Source of the DNA: Rubripirellula sp.
GTDB lineage: Bacteria; Planctomycetota; Planctomycetia; Pirellulales; Pirellulaceae
Assembly: GCA_965216875.1 (NCBI GenBank)
Contig: OZ244207.1
Span: forward strand, 5,024,001 to 5,088,000
Reading direction: 5' to 3'
DNA length: 64,000 nt
Below are positions 61,553 to 64,000 of the stretch, piece by piece (within the stretch, counting starts at the first letter, position 1; each line of letters opens with the position of its first letter). A program made the translations under genes and the position numbers. The notes under the pieces were generated by a model. The model saw only the letters and a program-made list of their open reading frames with translations. It made no database searches and was not told where the DNA came from.

Positions 61553-62344
61553 CTAGAACGCGGCGCGCAGTTCTTTCACAAAACGACTGACGGCGCTGGC
61601 CGCCGCCTCTTTGCCGTCGGCTTCGGCAACCCGCCGGACAATCGCGGAGCCGACGATCAAACCGTCTGCGACAGGCGCGAGCCGCTTTGCTGTCTCGACG
61701 CCTGAGATTCCAAAACCGATGCAAATCGGCAAATCAGTCTCACCGCGCAACCACGAAACACTGTCGACCAAATCGGGTGGCAATTTGGTTCGTTCCCCCG
61801 TGATCCCGGTAACGGAAACGTAGTAGAGAAAGCCAGACGATGAGTTTGCGATTTCGACTTGCCGCTCACGTGGCGTGGTCGGCGTGACCAGTTGGATCAA
61901 ACTGAAATCTTGGTCTCGACAGATCGCTGACATCTCGCCAGCTTCCTCAACCAAGAGGTCGGGCACAATCGCACCGGCATAACCGGCTGCTTTGGCCCGG
62001 CGAACGTATTCTTCCAACCCAACTCGATAGATGATCGCATAACTGACCATCGTCACCATTGGCATTTTGACTTCGCCCGAAAGCGAAGTCCCCATGTCAA
62101 ACATCTGTTGCAGCTTGAATCCAGCATCCAGCGATCGTTGGTACGACGATTGGATCACCGGCCCATCAGCAACGGGATCGCTGTAGGGGACACCCACTTC
62201 GCACAGACTCGCGCCGGCCGCTTCGGACTGACGAATCAGTTCAGCGGTCGTGTCGATATCTGGGTCGCCAGCGGTAAAGAAAGGCATCAACGCCTTCTTC
62301 CCTTCGGCACGCAAATCAGCGAAGAGTTGATCGACTGCAGACAT
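61553..62344 (-). CDS. trpA: Tryptophan synthase alpha chain
   Basis: TAGDP, EVGVPYSDPVADGPVIQ, YYVSVTGITG, GFGIS and DGLIVGSA. Confidence 0.96.
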   Translation of the reverse strand: MSAVDQLFADLRAEGKKALMPFFTAGDPDIDTTAELIRQSEAAGASLCEVGVPYSDPVADGPVIQSSYQRSLDAGFKLQQMFDMGTSLSGEVKMPMVTMVSYAIIYRVGLEEYVRRAKAAGYAGAIVPDLLVEEAGEMSAICRDQDFSLIQLVTPTTPRERQVEIANSSSGFLYYVSVTGITGERTKLPPDLVDSVSWLRGETDLPICIGFGISGVETAKRLAPVADGLIVGSAIVRRVAEADGKEAAASAVSRFVKELRAAF

Positions 62345-62372
62345 AAGCTTGACAAATTACTTGGGGAAAGCC

Positions 62373-62426
62373 GGACTCGTTGCCTCGTCCACTACGAAAA
62401 CCGGGACTCGTTGCCTCGTCCACTAC
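62373..62426. repeat. REP family A, two tandem copies
   Basis: GGACTCGTTGCCTCGTCCACTAC at 62373 and 62404. Confidence 0.85.
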
Positions 62427-62431
62427 CTACT

Positions 62432-63850
62432 TTAGCTGCGGCCAAGATTCGTGTTCATGTTCTTCTTGTACTGCTCGACGCCGGGCTGCCCGTAGGGATT
62501 CACGCCAAGCAATCGGCCTTCGATCACGGTCGCGATCATCAGCATTTGGAACAGTTGGCCAAGCACATGAGTATCGATCTGAGGCAACACGATGTCGGTC
62601 GTCGGACGACCATCCGCGTGCAATGCGTCGTTGGTGCCCTTGATCGCCGCACTCATGATATCGGGAAGTGTCTTGTCAGCGATGTCGTTGAGCGTGTCTT
62701 GGTTACGTTCACTGGAACCGACTGCCAACGCATCGGTGCGATACGATTCGACAATCACATTGTTGAAGACCTTGTCGTTGGCACCTTGCTGATGCTGTTG
62801 ATGACGACTGTGAAGGTCACGCGTGTTGACGGTGGTCAGCGGCGTGACGCCGAGTCCCTCTTTGCCATTGGATTCGGCGAGCAATTGGTCGTACCAGAGT
62901 CCAACCGCTTCGAGTGCTTTGGACCAAACGCTCATCACACGGATACTCTTGCCACGGTTTTGGGCGAGCAAGTGATTGACGGCAACGTATTGCAAGACAA
63001 CGTTGTCGGCGTAATCCGCAGTTTTGAAGTGCTCGTTCATTGCAACCGCACCTTCAAGGAGCTTCATGCAATCGAGCCCGAGAAAGGCAGCTGGCATCAG
63101 TCCAACGGACGACAAAACGCTGAAGCGTCCGCCAACGCCATCGGGAACGCTGAAGATCTCTTCACATCCGATTGCGGTAGCCAATTCATGAAGCTTGCCA
63201 CATTCCCCGGTCACGGGAATGACCAAGCGGCCAAGTTGCTCGGAAGCCTCATCGCCGAGGGAGCTCTCGAGCGAAGCCAAGAATTGTCGGAAGGCAACCG
63301 CGGTCTCCATCGTGCCGCCGCTCTTGCTGATCACGACGATTGCGTATTTCTTTTCCGCCGCCGAATCACCGTAACCGCCGGCAGCCAATCGCTCGAGCAG
63401 CGATGCACTGGCGTCGTTGTCGACGTTGTTTCCCTCGAAGTAGACCCGTGGCTTACTCCCACGAGCTCCCCGTGACAACTCGTTGTGGTAAGGGTCACAG
63501 CAAGCATCCATCATCGCACGAGCGCCCATGTAGGATCCGCCAATCCCGAGCACTGCGACTGCGTCGATTTCACTGTGAAGTCCATTCGCCACCTTGAAGA
63601 TTCGTCCAAGCTCAGACGCTTCGCGGTCCTTTTCGTACTCGGCAAGTAGCTCTTCGGGCAGCCAAAAGAACCGAGCGTCCAGGGGCTGTTTGTCCGCTGG
63701 GATGTCGCCACTGCTGTATTGTTCGGGGTCGACCTCGACCATCTCTTGGCGAAGGGCAGTCAGTTGCTCGCCCAGATCATCGATCTGCTGCTGAGTGACG
63801 CCGAAATCGTCATTAATGCTGCCGGAAGGGTCGAAACGTAACAGGCTCAT
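62432..63850 (-). CDS. pgi: Glucose-6-phosphate isomerase
   Basis: GIGGSYMG, SKSGGTME, VGGRFSVLS, QLLAESNGK and NPYGQPGVE.YK. Confidence 0.93.
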   Translation of the reverse strand: MSLLRFDPSGSINDDFGVTQQQIDDLGEQLTALRQEMVEVDPEQYSSGDIPADKQPLDARFFWLPEELLAEYEKDREASELGRIFKVANGLHSEIDAVAVLGIGGSYMGARAMMDACCDPYHNELSRGARGSKPRVYFEGNNVDNDASASLLERLAAGGYGDSAAEKKYAIVVISKSGGTMETAVAFRQFLASLESSLGDEASEQLGRLVIPVTGECGKLHELATAIGCEEIFSVPDGVGGRFSVLSSVGLMPAAFLGLDCMKLLEGAVAMNEHFKTADYADNVVLQYVAVNHLLAQNRGKSIRVMSVWSKALEAVGLWYDQLLAESNGKEGLGVTPLTTVNTRDLHSRHQQHQQGANDKVFNNVIVESYRTDALAVGSSERNQDTLNDIADKTLPDIMSAAIKGTNDALHADGRPTTDIVLPQIDTHVLGQLFQMLMIATVIEGRLLGVNPYGQPGVEQYKKNMNTNLGRS

Positions 63851-64000
63851 CGGGGGTCTCATATTGAGTTGATGGAATTGGGAATGGCGGACAAACCGTA
63901 GCCTAACTCATTCATCTCGATCCTCGTAGCGGAGGCAGTTTGGCGGGATGTTCGGCATTCCGAACTCCCTAGCGGTGGTCGCTGCGGGCAAATCATCAAC

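Overview
GC-rich core-genome window of a planctomycete, probably Pirellulaceae (inferred from planctomycete-type cytochrome c domains, an ECF sigma factor with a long C-terminal extension, a DUF11 lipoprotein and Hanks-type kinases). It holds about 53 CDSs, mostly housekeeping: ftsY, miaE, clpX, rpmF-fabD-fabG-acpP-fabF, aroF, galE, xerD, gltX, glnS, recA, a SNF2 helicase, thpR, cdsA/plsC-like genes, trpA and pgi. I found no tRNA, rRNA, CRISPR array, IS, prophage or recognisable defence island. The main non-coding feature is a dense and diverse set of REP/REPIN-like palindromes (at least 12 families, often in mosaic clusters), five of which overlap stop codons. The best candidates for undescribed biology are (1) a three-gene operon of exported Cys/Pro/Gly-rich proteins (two paralogues plus a DUF11 lipoprotein) with an internal terminator, (2) a phased 9-bp CGGTT array recurring in intergenic regions, (3) a 21-bp bidirectional leaderless promoter between yheT and thpR, (4) an apparently exported NPPW-type methyltransferase and (5) tandem soluble Ser/Thr kinases. 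All family assignments come from motif recognition by eye; no database searches were run.
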